64,000 nt of DNA. Origin: an uncultured Gammaproteobacteria bacterium (lineage in GTDB: Bacteria; Patescibacteriota; Microgenomatia; CAZETR01; Amesbacteraceae). The translations under genes were made by a program, and so were the position numbers. This document shows positions 28,528 to 38,121 of the stretch, piece by piece (the stretch's first letter is position 1; each line of letters begins with the position of its first letter). The notes beneath the pieces were generated by a model. The model did no database searches and was not told the origin of the DNA. It saw only the letters and a list, made by a program, of their open reading frames with translations. The DNA lies in assembly GCA_964633995.1 (NCBI GenBank), contig CAZWKN010000002.1:5266-69265 (forward strand), in the 5' to 3' direction.

Positions 28528-29873
28528 AAAATTTCCTGATTGAGAGTGGGGAGCGAGATGTCCTGAATGGCTAAATCCGATTTAATTTTTTCTGCCAACG
28601 CCATTCTTGGTACATCTTCACCATGTGTCAGTATGACTTTTTTTACACCACGGATGTGTGAAAGCCATGCCATAAGCTGGGATTGATCCGCATGTGAACT
28701 CATAGCTTGGGTATTGGAGATAGTAGCCGAAACCTGGATGTTTTGACCGTAAATATCTACATTTTTTGCTCCTTCTAATAACTGTCTACCCAGTGTCCCC
28801 TCACCCTGAAAACCAACTATTAAGAACCGGGCCGAGGAATCCGGAAGATAGAAAGCCGCGTGACTTACAATTCTTCCTCCTGCCATCATGCCACTGCCGG
28901 CCATAATTATCTTGGCTCCGGTGACATCATGAATAGCCTGACTTTCCGCGCGGGTTTTTGTATATTTTAGACCCTCAAAATCGAATGGGTCGCCGATTTT
29001 AATATCATCCCTGATGTGAGAATTAAAAATTTGGGGATAGTGGGTGTAAATAGTTGTCGCTTTTTCGGCCATGGGACTGTCGAGAAAAACCGGCAAGTCG
29101 CGTGCTATTTGATTGATTTTTTTAAGATGCATAATCATGTGCAATAATTCCTGGGTCCGCTCTAGTGAAAAAGCCGGAATAAGTAAGGTGGCGGACGTGC
29201 TTTGGATTTTTTTTATTTCCGATAACAGAATCTCCATGGGATTGTCTTTTGGGTGCAGGCGATCGCCATAGGTCGATTCCATAACTACGACGTCTGAACT
29301 ACCAATTGTTTCGGTTTCGGCTAATAAGGCTTCCGGGGAATTACCCAAATCGCCGCTAAAAACAATCTTTTTATATTCCGAATCGGGCTTTAGATCCTCG
29401 ATCTCCAAGATAGCCGAGCCCAAAATATGGCCAGCGTCTCTAAAAACTACTGAGAAATCACCCAGAGTAGTTTTTTGGTGATAACTGGTAGTGACGAACC
29501 GTTTGACGACCTGGGCCACCAATTCCTTGTCATACAGAACCTGTTTTTGATCTTCCTGTGCAATTTTGGCGCTATCTAAAAGTGATAATTCCGTAAGATC
29601 CAGGGTGGGAGCGGTCATCCAGAAGTAGCCGGCAAAACCTTTTGGCACTATTATCGGCAGACGTCCACAATGATCCAAATGTGCGTGGGTAAGAAGTGCC
29701 GCCGAAAGTTGGCTGGGATCGTAGTCGAAAGGAAGATAATTTAATTTTTCAATATCAGGACCCCCCTGAAACATACCCAAATCAATCAAAATAGATTGTC
29801 CTGAACCAGAGGTTAGGACATAAGACGAACCAGTCACAGTACCCGCCGCACCTAAAAATTTTATTTTCATCAA
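28521..29873 (-). CDS. MBL-fold beta-CASP ribonuclease (CPSF/Ysh1-like RNA-processing exonuclease family)
   Basis: HAHLDHCG (HxHxDH). beta-CASP motifs downstream. 450 aa. Confidence 0.75.
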   Translation of the reverse strand: MMKIKFLGAAGTVTGSSYVLTSGSGQSILIDLGMFQGGPDIEKLNYLPFDYDPSQLSAALLTHAHLDHCGRLPIIVPKGFAGYFWMTAPTLDLTELSLLDSAKIAQEDQKQVLYDKELVAQVVKRFVTTSYHQKTTLGDFSVVFRDAGHILGSAILEIEDLKPDSEYKKIVFSGDLGNSPEALLAETETIGSSDVVVMESTYGDRLHPKDNPMEILLSEIKKIQSTSATLLIPAFSLERTQELLHMIMHLKKINQIARDLPVFLDSPMAEKATTIYTHYPQIFNSHIRDDIKIGDPFDFEGLKYTKTRAESQAIHDVTGAKIIMAGSGMMAGGRIVSHAAFYLPDSSARFLIVGFQGEGTLGRQLLEGAKNVDIYGQNIQVSATISNTQAMSSHADQSQLMAWLSHIRGVKKVILTHGEDVPRMALAEKIKSDLAIQDISLPTLNQEILC

Positions 29874-29877
29874 TAAA

Positions 29878-30822
29878 TTATGACATGTTTTGGAGGACTT
29901 TTATACGTTCGGCCAAGGGGGGGTGAGTATTGAAAAGGCCGGCCATTTTGTCTAAGGCTCCATGAACATCTTTGAAAGGATTAACTATGTATAGGTGGGC
30001 AGTAGCCTTGTTGGCCACTTCTAATGGTTCTTTGTCTGCCCCCAGTTTTGCGAGGGCTGAAATAAGACCTCCGGGTTGCCTAGTAAGTTTGACTGACGAT
30101 GCGTCCGCCAAAAACTCTCGCCTCCTGGAAATAGCTAATTGAATGAGCTGGGCGACAATTGGAGATAAAATGGCAAACAGAATGCCAAGTATCAAAAAAA
30201 TAGCCCCGGCATTGCCCTCATCCCGATCTCTACTTTTGCCAGATCTACCCCAATACATAGACCTTAAGAACCAATCACCCAAAAGAGTAATTAAACCTAC
30301 CAAAATAGTCACAACGGACATTAGCCTGGTGTCATAGTTGGCTACATGCGATAACTCATGACCAATAACCCCTTCAAGTTCGGTGCGGTTTAAACTAGCT
30401 AGCAAACCCGTGGTCGCACAGACTACTGCGTGAGCGGGATCCCTGCCGGTGGCAAAAGCGTTCATGGCGGTGTCGTCTACGGTGTACAGCTTTGGCATTG
30501 GCAAACCTGCTGCCAAACATAAATTTTCGGTAACAGTGTAAAACAAAAAATCCGACTTACGGTCTGCGGGTCTGGCTCCTGACATGCCTAAAATAATTTT
30601 GTCGCTCCAATAATATGACGCAAAACTCATAATCCCAGAAAAAACCAAGCCCAACCCCATAAATTCCAAACCCGTTGATTGGTAACCATAATATGCCGCC
30701 ATGCCTTTGGAGATAAAAAACGACGCAAGAAGAACGAAGAGTGAAAAAAGCACTACGATTAGAGCGCTTTTGCGCTTGTTGGCATCGACTGATTCGTAAA
30801 TGTTTACCATGATTAAACTCAC
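29878..30822 (-). CDS. htpX: protease HtpX (M48 family zinc metalloprotease)
   Basis: HELSHV zinc motif. Four TM helices. 314 aa. Confidence 0.8.
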   Translation of the reverse strand: MSLIMVNIYESVDANKRKSALIVVLFSLFVLLASFFISKGMAAYYGYQSTGLEFMGLGLVFSGIMSFASYYWSDKIILGMSGARPADRKSDFLFYTVTENLCLAAGLPMPKLYTVDDTAMNAFATGRDPAHAVVCATTGLLASLNRTELEGVIGHELSHVANYDTRLMSVVTILVGLITLLGDWFLRSMYWGRSGKSRDRDEGNAGAIFLILGILFAILSPIVAQLIQLAISRRREFLADASSVKLTRQPGGLISALAKLGADKEPLEVANKATAHLYIVNPFKDVHGALDKMAGLFNTHPPLAERIKVLQNMS

Positions 30823-30867
30823 CCCTTCTATTCCCCTCTCTTTATTTAAAGAGAGGGGCGGAGGTAG

Positions 30868-31419
30868 TTAAAGGGATACTTTTGGGGTTTTGGTCTCGGA
30901 TTCGGAGACTGTTAAAAATTCTCCCGCAACAGGAGCTTTTAGGCCGTCTGCCGGCTTGAACCCAAAAGAACTGGCGACTAAATTGCTTGGGAAAGTAACC
31001 AATTGGGTATTGTAGTCCGCAGAAAGATCGATAAGAGTCCTTCTGGAATACATTACCTTGTCAGAAGTATCGCGCAACTCGTCCATGAGTTTGGAAATAA
31101 CATCTGCTCCCTTTAGCTGTGGATTGCTTTCAACTACGACTTGTAGCTTGGGCAACAACTCAGAAACTTTGGCGCTGGCATCTTTACCCTGCGATGTTAG
31201 TTTTCGGGCATCAGCTAACAACTCCAAAATGCCTTTTTCGTGTTTTAAATAGGCCTTGGCTGAAGTTTCCAAATTGGGAATCAGATCCGACTGACGTTTC
31301 AGTTGGTTAGCGATTTCCTGGATCGAAGCTGAAATCCGGGTTTTAATCCTGACTAGTCCGTTGTATACGGATATGACGTAAAGTACAATGGCGACAATGA
31401 TAAGTGGAAATAACCACAT
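30868..31419 (-). CDS. LemA family protein
   Basis: N-terminal TM plus LemA-type coiled region (VYNGLVRIKTRI...). Classic LemA-HtpX gene pair. Confidence 0.7.
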   Translation of the reverse strand: MWLFPLIIVAIVLYVISVYNGLVRIKTRISASIQEIANQLKRQSDLIPNLETSAKAYLKHEKGILELLADARKLTSQGKDASAKVSELLPKLQVVVESNPQLKGADVISKLMDELRDTSDKVMYSRRTLIDLSADYNTQLVTFPSNLVASSFGFKPADGLKAPVAGEFLTVSESETKTPKVSL

Positions 31420-32635
31420 AGATGTAAATCACCTCCTTTATAAACCTGATCCTATCATTTTACACCGATATGCAAAGGTGTTGGTAAACTTTGCCCTGAA
31501 TTCCGGCCTGGGGGTAAGGCCCGGCGAGGTGGTAAGACTTGTGGTTTCCGAATCTGCCAAACCCTTACTGGTTGAACTTCGAAACCAAGTATTGCGATCC
31601 GGGGCGATTCCCTTGATTCATTTTCAACCGGACGACATGCAAAAAGAATATTTTGAATTGGCGAGTGAAACCCAACTTAAATTTTTTCCCAAAAAATATC
31701 TAAGGGGCTTGGTTGATCAAATAGACCATTCAATCTCCATAATCTCCGAAACCAATAAGCACGAACTTGAAGGCATTGACCCTGAGAAGATAATGACCAG
31801 ATCGGCGAGTTTTCGGAAGCAACGAGAGTGGCTGGATAAAAAAGAAAACATGGGGAAGTACACCTGGAGTTTGGCTTTGTACGGTACGCCTGCCATGTCC
31901 TCTGAAGCCGGGATGAGCCTATCTGAGTATTGGGACCAAATTACTAAAGCCTGTTTTTTGGACAGAGAAGATCCGATTGAGAGCTGGAGGCAGGTTAGTA
32001 AAGAAACTGAGAGATTAAGAGACAGGCTTGACGAGCTAAAAATAGAAAGGCTGCACGTGGCGGGAAAGGGAGTGGATCTGTGGGTAAAAATAGGTCCGGG
32101 GAGAAAGTGGCTGGGCGGATCTGGGAGAAATATCCCGTCGTTTGAGGTGTTTATTAGCCCTGATTGGAGGGGAACCGAGGGACACATCGAGTTTGACCAG
32201 CCCCTCTACCGATATGGTAATTTAATAAATGGAATTTCTTTGGATTTTGAAAACGGGAGAGTAGTGAAGAGTTCTGCCAAAACGAATTACGAGGTGCTAA
32301 GACAAATGATAAGCCAAAAAAATGCGGATAAAATCGGCGAGTTTTCTTTGACTGATAAAAGATTATCCAGAATTGACCGGTTTATGGCTGAGACCTTGTT
32401 TGACGAAAACATATCGGGGCCGTATGGGAATACCCACATTGCCTTGGGAAATGCCTATAACGATTCGTTTGACGGCGACCCAGCTAAGGTAAGTAAAAGT
32501 GAATGGAAGACGATGGGGTATAACTCCTCGGTGGTTCATACCGATATGGTGTCCACCACTCCAAGAACGGTCACGGCATACTTGGGTAATGGAACAGAAA
32601 AAGTGATCTACAAGGACGGAGAATTTACGATATAA
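31388..32635 (+). CDS. aminopeptidase, M29 (AmpS/PepS) family
   Basis: About 410 aa. N-terminal YAKVLVNFALN...GEVV and C-terminal GNTHIALGNAY resemble thermophilic metalloprotease M29. Start uncertain because the 5' end overlaps the lemA start (divergent). Confidence 0.55.
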   Translation: MATMISGNNHIDVNHLLYKPDPIILHRYAKVLVNFALNSGLGVRPGEVVRLVVSESAKPLLVELRNQVLRSGAIPLIHFQPDDMQKEYFELASETQLKFFPKKYLRGLVDQIDHSISIISETNKHELEGIDPEKIMTRSASFRKQREWLDKKENMGKYTWSLALYGTPAMSSEAGMSLSEYWDQITKACFLDREDPIESWRQVSKETERLRDRLDELKIERLHVAGKGVDLWVKIGPGRKWLGGSGRNIPSFEVFISPDWRGTEGHIEFDQPLYRYGNLINGISLDFENGRVVKSSAKTNYEVLRQMISQKNADKIGEFSLTDKRLSRIDRFMAETLFDENISGPYGNTHIALGNAYNDSFDGDPAKVSKSEWKTMGYNSSVVHTDMVSTTPRTVTAYLGNGTEKVIYKDGEFTI

Positions 32636-34424
32636 GCTTGTGTAAATCTGAAAACGATAGGGTATTTATTACGTCTGATTTGGTACACCAGGCACGCCTG
32701 GCAACGCTGATACCGTAGCGCATGTAAGTAAGCTGGCTTGCCGCATGGCTATCAGTGTCTACTACCAATTTAATTCCGTACTTGATGGCATCGTGAGCAA
32801 CTACGTCCGGTAAATCAAGCCTATTTGGCCAGCCGTCTATTTCCAACCATTTGCCGTTTTTCAGACAAAAATCAAAAATCGTATCCCAGTCCAGATCTAC
32901 TCCCTCTCTTTGATTTAACAATCTGCCGGTGGGGTGGGCTAAAAACTTTACTTTTGGGTGGGATAATGCCCGGACCACCCTTAGGGTGGCCAGTTTTTTT
33001 GATTGCCTGAAACTACTATGAATACTGACACAAGCGTAGTCGAGTAGATCCAAACACGCATCGGGGAGAGCTAATTTGCCATCTGGCTGAATATCTATCT
33101 CCATGCCATTTAATATGTGAAACTTGTCGTGAAAAGATTGAATAAGTTCTGTCCTCTTTTGTACCAGGCTTAATATTTGACCTTGCGTGTGACCCGAAAC
33201 CGATGGATTGTGGTCTGTTAGACCGATGTAGGAGTAACCCTGGTCTTTGGCGGCCTGAATAAGATCTGAGATTGAGCTTTGGCCTAGATCATGGCTAGGC
33301 TCGATATTAAAATCACTATGCACATGTAAGTCCCCCTTTATGTCGCCGGTCTCAATTAGCTGGGGCAGGGTGTGATTTTTGGCAGCTTCTATCTCCCCTT
33401 TGCCTTCACGAAGTTCTGGGGGAATGTAATCCAGACCCAGAAAATTGTAAAACTTTTGCTCGGAGTCAAAAACCTTAACCTCACCCCCAACCCCCTCCAA
33501 TACCACCCCTTTTCGTTCCCCTCCTAAATTAGGAGGGGAATTTAGGATCTTGATACCGTGTTCGGAAAGAGATAAACCTTTTTTTAATGCGTACTCACGA
33601 AGGGCGATGTTGTGATGCTTTGAACCGGTAAAATGCTGAAGAAGTGATCCGTAGGATTCGGGGGGCTGAACCATAAGATCGACCTGGCGATCCCCGGGGA
33701 GAATCAACGAGGCAGACTGCGTGCCAGCTTCCAACACTCTGGATTTGAGGGGGTATTTACAAAAATAATCGATAACCGCTTTGGGATTTTTTGTAGATAC
33801 TGAGAGATCTATGTCCCCCACTGTACTGGCCTGACGGCGTAGTGACCCTAGATAGTCCGCACACAAAACGTCTGAGTTTTTTCTAAGATAAGTAAGCAAT
33901 GAATCGACAATGGCATGGGCTGAATCCAGAAGTAGTCTTTGGGTCCTGCCTGAAAACTCGGTTATGCCCTGCAAAACCCGGGTTTGAGAATCTTCTCCAA
34001 AGCCTTCCAACTTGGCAATCAGGCCTTTTTTGGCTGCTTTTTCCAATTTTGCAATTGCGCCATGTGCGCGGGTGATACCAAAAGCTTTGCAAAACTTGAG
34101 AGCGTTTTTGGGGCCGATACCCGGGACTTCCATGAGCTCAAATAAGGCTTTTGGAAAGGGCTTAAGAATGCTTTCTAAATGCGGGCTTTTACCTGTAGTA
34201 ATAATGTCGTTAAGATGTGCCGCAATGGCTTGCCCAATACCTGCCAAATCTTTGAGTTTGCCGGCATCCCATAAATCTTTGACCTCGGAAGACGAATGCT
34301 CGATGGCGTCGGCTGCCCGATCGTAAGCTATTATACGAAAACGATTGTCCCCTGCCGATAAACTCAAGGCGGCTGAAACAGAACGGAACAATTTGGCAAG
34401 TTCGAGATTAGTAGGATAGGTCAT
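32625..34424 (-). CDS. polX: DNA polymerase/3'-5' exonuclease PolX (family X polymerase with C-terminal PHP domain)
   Basis: Start placed at MTYPTNLELAKLF (ATG 34424). It overlaps the upstream Nudix stop as ATGA. HhH GIGPKNALKF. YIPPELRE. PHP DLHVHSDFN. Confidence 0.8.
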   Translation of the reverse strand: MTYPTNLELAKLFRSVSAALSLSAGDNRFRIIAYDRAADAIEHSSSEVKDLWDAGKLKDLAGIGQAIAAHLNDIITTGKSPHLESILKPFPKALFELMEVPGIGPKNALKFCKAFGITRAHGAIAKLEKAAKKGLIAKLEGFGEDSQTRVLQGITEFSGRTQRLLLDSAHAIVDSLLTYLRKNSDVLCADYLGSLRRQASTVGDIDLSVSTKNPKAVIDYFCKYPLKSRVLEAGTQSASLILPGDRQVDLMVQPPESYGSLLQHFTGSKHHNIALREYALKKGLSLSEHGIKILNSPPNLGGERKGVVLEGVGGEVKVFDSEQKFYNFLGLDYIPPELREGKGEIEAAKNHTLPQLIETGDIKGDLHVHSDFNIEPSHDLGQSSISDLIQAAKDQGYSYIGLTDHNPSVSGHTQGQILSLVQKRTELIQSFHDKFHILNGMEIDIQPDGKLALPDACLDLLDYACVSIHSSFRQSKKLATLRVVRALSHPKVKFLAHPTGRLLNQREGVDLDWDTIFDFCLKNGKWLEIDGWPNRLDLPDVVAHDAIKYGIKLVVDTDSHAASQLTYMRYGISVARRAWCTKSDVINTLSFSDLHKLIS

Positions 34425-34858
34425 TGCATCGCAAAATATGCCTGTTTGATTTCGGCACTGGCTATTGGATACAGCGAACAAAGTGAGTCGAATTCACTCA
34501 TGGGTACCCAGGTAAGTATATACTGATTATCTGCCGAGTTGTTTTTACTCTCTGGGCCATCCCCCAAACAGGGTTCTCCAACTGTGTCACAGATAAAAAA
34601 TGGGTAGATGTCCGTCTTGGCAGTTATTTTGTTGACCATAATTTTGCCGGTGTAGTCGAATGCCTTGGTAAACGAAAGTAGCTTTAGACTAGTTTCTTCT
34701 AATACCTCCCGCCTAAGAGCCGTTTCTATATCCTCCCCATCTTCCACTCCACCACCCGGAACCGTCCAGTATTCTTTACCGTATCTAAACCGGTGAATTA
34801 ATAGAATTTTGCCGTCTCGAAAAATCAGAGCTGATACGCGAACATTTGTCCTGGCCAT
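34421..34858 (-). CDS. Nudix hydrolase
   Basis: Nudix box GGGVEDGEDIETALRREVLEETSL. 145 aa. Confidence 0.75.
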   Translation of the reverse strand: MARTNVRVSALIFRDGKILLIHRFRYGKEYWTVPGGGVEDGEDIETALRREVLEETSLKLLSFTKAFDYTGKIMVNKITAKTDIYPFFICDTVGEPCLGDGPESKNNSADNQYILTWVPMSEFDSLCSLYPIASAEIKQAYFAMQ

Positions 34859-34870
34859 ATGTTAAATATT

Positions 34871-35314
34871 TTAATTTGGTTTGTGCATTTTGGAAATGGC
34901 CCAATTACCGGCCATTGTTAAAACAAATCCCACGGCCACTTTGGCAATCAGATTTTCCCAGGCAAACCTAGCCCCAGTTAGAGCTATCCCATCTACCGGA
35001 TTGAGTCCCAAAATCCAGCCTTTGAGAGTTCCAAAAATAATTGCCGGGGCCATGCGATGTGTTTTTTGATAATAGGCGGTGGCCACCAGATCACAACAAC
35101 CTTCTGTCTCCCGCATGACTTTCACCTGGTACGAGGTGCCTGCCAAGAATGCCAACCCAACGGCTGCCAGTCCAATGACGGGCAACCAGTTTGTTTCGAT
35201 GCCCCGCCCTAACTCGTGAACAGCACTAAATACCACGGCCTGTGCCCCAATCGCAGAGACCGCTTTGGCAACCTCCGCTCCGGCTGAAAGTTTGAGTACA
35301 TCTGGCTTGATCAT
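34871..35314 (-). CDS. small integral membrane protein
   Basis: 147 aa, four hydrophobic helices. Confidence 0.4.
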   Translation of the reverse strand: MIKPDVLKLSAGAEVAKAVSAIGAQAVVFSAVHELGRGIETNWLPVIGLAAVGLAFLAGTSYQVKVMRETEGCCDLVATAYYQKTHRMAPAIIFGTLKGWILGLNPVDGIALTGARFAWENLIAKVAVGFVLTMAGNWAISKMHKPN

Positions 35315-35347
35315 GTAGTGGGCGAATTATATTACTGATGCCAAGTA

Positions 35348-35629
35348 TTGTGGTGCTATAATCCGGACATGGCCTGGATAAAAGAATTGTTTAACAAGCC
35401 GGTCGGATCAGAGGCTCAAATAAATGCAGCGCAAAGCACAAAAAATGCTTTAGTCACCGGGGAAGCGATGTTGACAATGGCTGCTTTGGTAAGCTTGGGA
35501 CTCGTGGACCGAGAGCTGATAATACCGGTTATCCACTTATATTTAGCTCAACTGCTTTTGGTAAGTAGTTTTGTTTTTGGATACGTTGAACCCAGGTTAG
35601 ATGAACTAAAACAAAAAAGAAAAAAATAA
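35348..35629 (+). CDS. hypothetical small membrane protein
   Basis: 93 aa, two hydrophobic segments. Confidence 0.3.
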   Translation: MWCYNPDMAWIKELFNKPVGSEAQINAAQSTKNALVTGEAMLTMAALVSLGLVDRELIIPVIHLYLAQLLLVSSFVFGYVEPRLDELKQKRKK

Positions 35630-35633
35630 GTAT

Positions 35634-35882
35634 ATGATTGAAACAAATTATAGATCCAGAGCAACAAATGAAGTTAAAAATATAGCGCTGGGTGGTATTA
35701 ACTTAGTAGTAACCCTGACCGCAAGCCTCGGGAGGAGTGAAAAAATTGACTTTGATCTGGCGCATTTGATTGGAATGGCCAAACAGTTGGGTGCTACTGG
35801 GACAGAATTACGGCTGGCTTTGGGTTTGCCTGATCTGAAAGAACGAAAAAAGTTTTACCATACTGGAAAAGGCTCAATCTAG
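35634..35882 (+). CDS. hypothetical protein
   Basis: 82 aa. 4-nt spacing from the upstream ORF. Confidence 0.3.
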   Translation: MIETNYRSRATNEVKNIALGGINLVVTLTASLGRSEKIDFDLAHLIGMAKQLGATGTELRLALGLPDLKERKKFYHTGKGSI

Positions 35883-36008
35883 CTCTTTGGGATAAGCTGT
35901 GGATCGAATCCCATCCATCGAGGGCTTGCTCAAGCCGGAATAAAAGCTTAATCCCAACATTCGCGACACCAGATTAAAATGGCTTGAACTGAATTATGCT
36001 AGAGAATT

Positions 36009-36557
36009 TTATAGAAGATTGATTAGTTGGGTTTGGAACATTTCAAAAATTGCTTTATTTTTTGTTCTTCCATTGGGGTTTATTGGCGAAGGGTGAAAAA
36101 TTGCCAATATTGAGTATTTTTTACTCCCAACAAAAACTTGGTCCAATTTTCCAATTTGCAAATTTAACCCAGAAATCAGATTAAATATTCTTAGCGTCTC
36201 CACTCCCAAAATAATCAGTAATTTGTAGTCAGTAGAGGCTAGCTGATTCAAAAAGATCGGCCAACATTTTTGACTGCACGACAATAATTGGTGCCTGTTT
36301 TTACCGACAAAACATTTGGAAAGCTCCGTAAAACCACAAACTTCGACTGACAGCCCTAAACCCGAAAGTAATTCATTGAGCCGTTTGCCGGTTGGCAATA
36401 GCTTTCCTTCCGGGGCATAACACGCCTTGCCGGATTTCCTCCAACCGTTGGGAGCAGGTGACTCGCCTACCAACAAAACATATTTACCCTTGCCAACTCC
36501 TCTTTGATGAAACTTATTAATTGGAAACTCGTTCGGGGATTCACAATAGTGTTCCAT
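36009..36557 (-). CDS. uracil-DNA glycosylase superfamily protein (family 4/5-like)
   Basis: VLLVGESPAPNGW (GExPG-type motif A) and C-terminal IFHPSPINPNG (HPSP motif B). 182 aa. Confidence 0.55.
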   Translation of the reverse strand: MEHYCESPNEFPINKFHQRGVGKGKYVLLVGESPAPNGWRKSGKACYAPEGKLLPTGKRLNELLSGLGLSVEVCGFTELSKCFVGKNRHQLLSCSQKCWPIFLNQLASTDYKLLIILGVETLRIFNLISGLNLQIGKLDQVFVGSKKYSILAIFHPSPINPNGRTKNKAIFEMFQTQLINLL

Positions 36558-36653
36558 TTCCGAATTATATGCCCTTGCCGTGTGGGCTTAGTATAGCGAA
36601 AAAAGCTTGCCTTGTTTCCAGACGGCAGTATCATTGGTTTATAATTAGCTGTA

Positions 36654-37277
36654 ATGATACCGTTAAAGGAAAAGATTAACCCCAAAGATACAGCATTGGT
36701 TGTTATTGATGTTCAAAACGACTTTGCCTCACCGGATAAGAGATTTTTTCGGGCAAGTAGAAATGGCGATTTGTCTCTGGTTGACCCCATGATAGACAAG
36801 ATGGAGAAAGTAATCCCTGAGGCTGAAAAAGCCGGAGTGTTGGTAATCTATACTCAGCAGATTTATGACCGAAGTAAGCTAAATGATTTACAAAAAGAAC
36901 AATATGATTTGGATGGAAAATTAGTCACTTGCGATTTTTCATCTAATGGATATAGGTTTTACCGGCTTAATCCTCCTCAAGATATGGTTTTTCCCAAATA
37001 CAACTTCAATATTTTCTCAAATAAAGAATTGGTCGGCTTGCTAGAAGCCAGAAGGATAAAAACGCTAGTTATTAGCGGAATGGACACGATTTTCTGTGTC
37101 GAGACAGCGATAAGAAACGGCTATGATTTAGGTTACAAAATTGTGGTTCCTGCAGACATGGTTGCGGGGAATGCTAAAGCAAAGGAAATGAACGACAGGA
37201 CACTAGATTTAGTGAAAAAAACCTATGGAGTACTCACTACTTCTGATGAGTTAATTAAACTTTGGAAAGTGGCATAA
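36654..37277 (+). CDS. isochorismatase family cysteine hydrolase (nicotinamidase-like)
   Basis: ALVVIDVQNDF and VISGMDTIFCVETAIRNG (catalytic Cys). 207 aa. Confidence 0.7.
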   Translation: MIPLKEKINPKDTALVVIDVQNDFASPDKRFFRASRNGDLSLVDPMIDKMEKVIPEAEKAGVLVIYTQQIYDRSKLNDLQKEQYDLDGKLVTCDFSSNGYRFYRLNPPQDMVFPKYNFNIFSNKELVGLLEARRIKTLVISGMDTIFCVETAIRNGYDLGYKIVVPADMVAGNAKAKEMNDRTLDLVKKTYGVLTTSDELIKLWKVA

Positions 37278-37387
37278 CCTTTATTCCATATAACCGGACT
37301 GAAACTCTTTTAGCTTCAATGCGGGCAGCCTGAACGAAATTCGGAGCTGGTGGTTAATTAACTCATCCGAACAACTAAGGCTAAAGG

Positions 37388-38047
37388 CTATTTTAAACTT
37401 AACTCCTTCTGATTCAGGTGCGGCCTTGCCGCGTAAATAAGAGAAATCAGCCAGCCAAACGTAATCACCATGATTATTTTTTGAAAGACGCCCAAGTATT
37501 GGTAAAAATCACCTTTTATAAACCAATACGTCCAAAGATAACAAAGAATTGAACTTATATATCCCGATATTGCAGTAAATTTGGCTAAGTGAGCAAATTT
37601 AGGTTCACCTTTTAATGCTTTTTGCAGGTGGTATATTCCCAAGGGAGCTAGCAGGAAGAAAGCTGCTAAAGCTGACAAGTGGACTACTCCCATAACCGTA
37701 AGATGAGTGTGGGTAATTGGGATTTGGCCAACTAAGTCAGTTGGAAAAATGATTACAACCGCTACGAATGCGATGCAAAAAAGCACAATTCTATTCCAAA
37801 CATTCTGTGCATATTTGCTTGCCAGTTTGTGATTAACCATAAATCCAGCAATCACCAGACCAATGCCTATTTGCATAAAATTTAGTTGTTGGATGATGCC
37901 ATATTTCATGATTGCTAAAATGCTTATTGTATCTCGTAGGTGATCATATCCAGGCGTTATTAACCCCAACACAAGCACAATTACAAAAAAAACAATGGGG
38001 CTTAAAATCGCGTAACACCAACTGATTATCGATATTTTTCTGTTCAT
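37388..38047 (-). CDS. integral membrane protein
   Basis: 219 aa, six hydrophobic helices. Confidence 0.4.
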   Translation of the reverse strand: MNRKISIISWCYAILSPIVFFVIVLVLGLITPGYDHLRDTISILAIMKYGIIQQLNFMQIGIGLVIAGFMVNHKLASKYAQNVWNRIVLFCIAFVAVVIIFPTDLVGQIPITHTHLTVMGVVHLSALAAFFLLAPLGIYHLQKALKGEPKFAHLAKFTAISGYISSILCYLWTYWFIKGDFYQYLGVFQKIIMVITFGWLISLIYAARPHLNQKELSLK

Positions 38048-38121
38048 GGGATGATTATATCTCCAAAGTAGTCAATTGCAGTCGACTATACAGGGCAAAT
38101 ATTCGGGGAGATAATACCGTC

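Noticed and set aside
33528-33548. 21-nt palindrome CCCCTCCTAA-A-TTAGGAGGGG inside polX
   Set aside because: It is within an intact reading frame encoding a Gly-rich loop (SPPNLGGERKG) before the conserved YIPPELRE segment. There are no flanking repeats suggesting a MITE. It is likely just a coding low-complexity insertion.
35890-35940. Hairpin TGGAT-CGAATCC-ATCCA resembling a tRNA T-arm, followed by palindrome GGCTTG-CT-CAAGCC
   Set aside because: No acceptor or D/anticodon arms can be built around it, and the T-loop is non-canonical. More likely it is a terminator-like hairpin between convergent genes than a tRNA fragment or att site.
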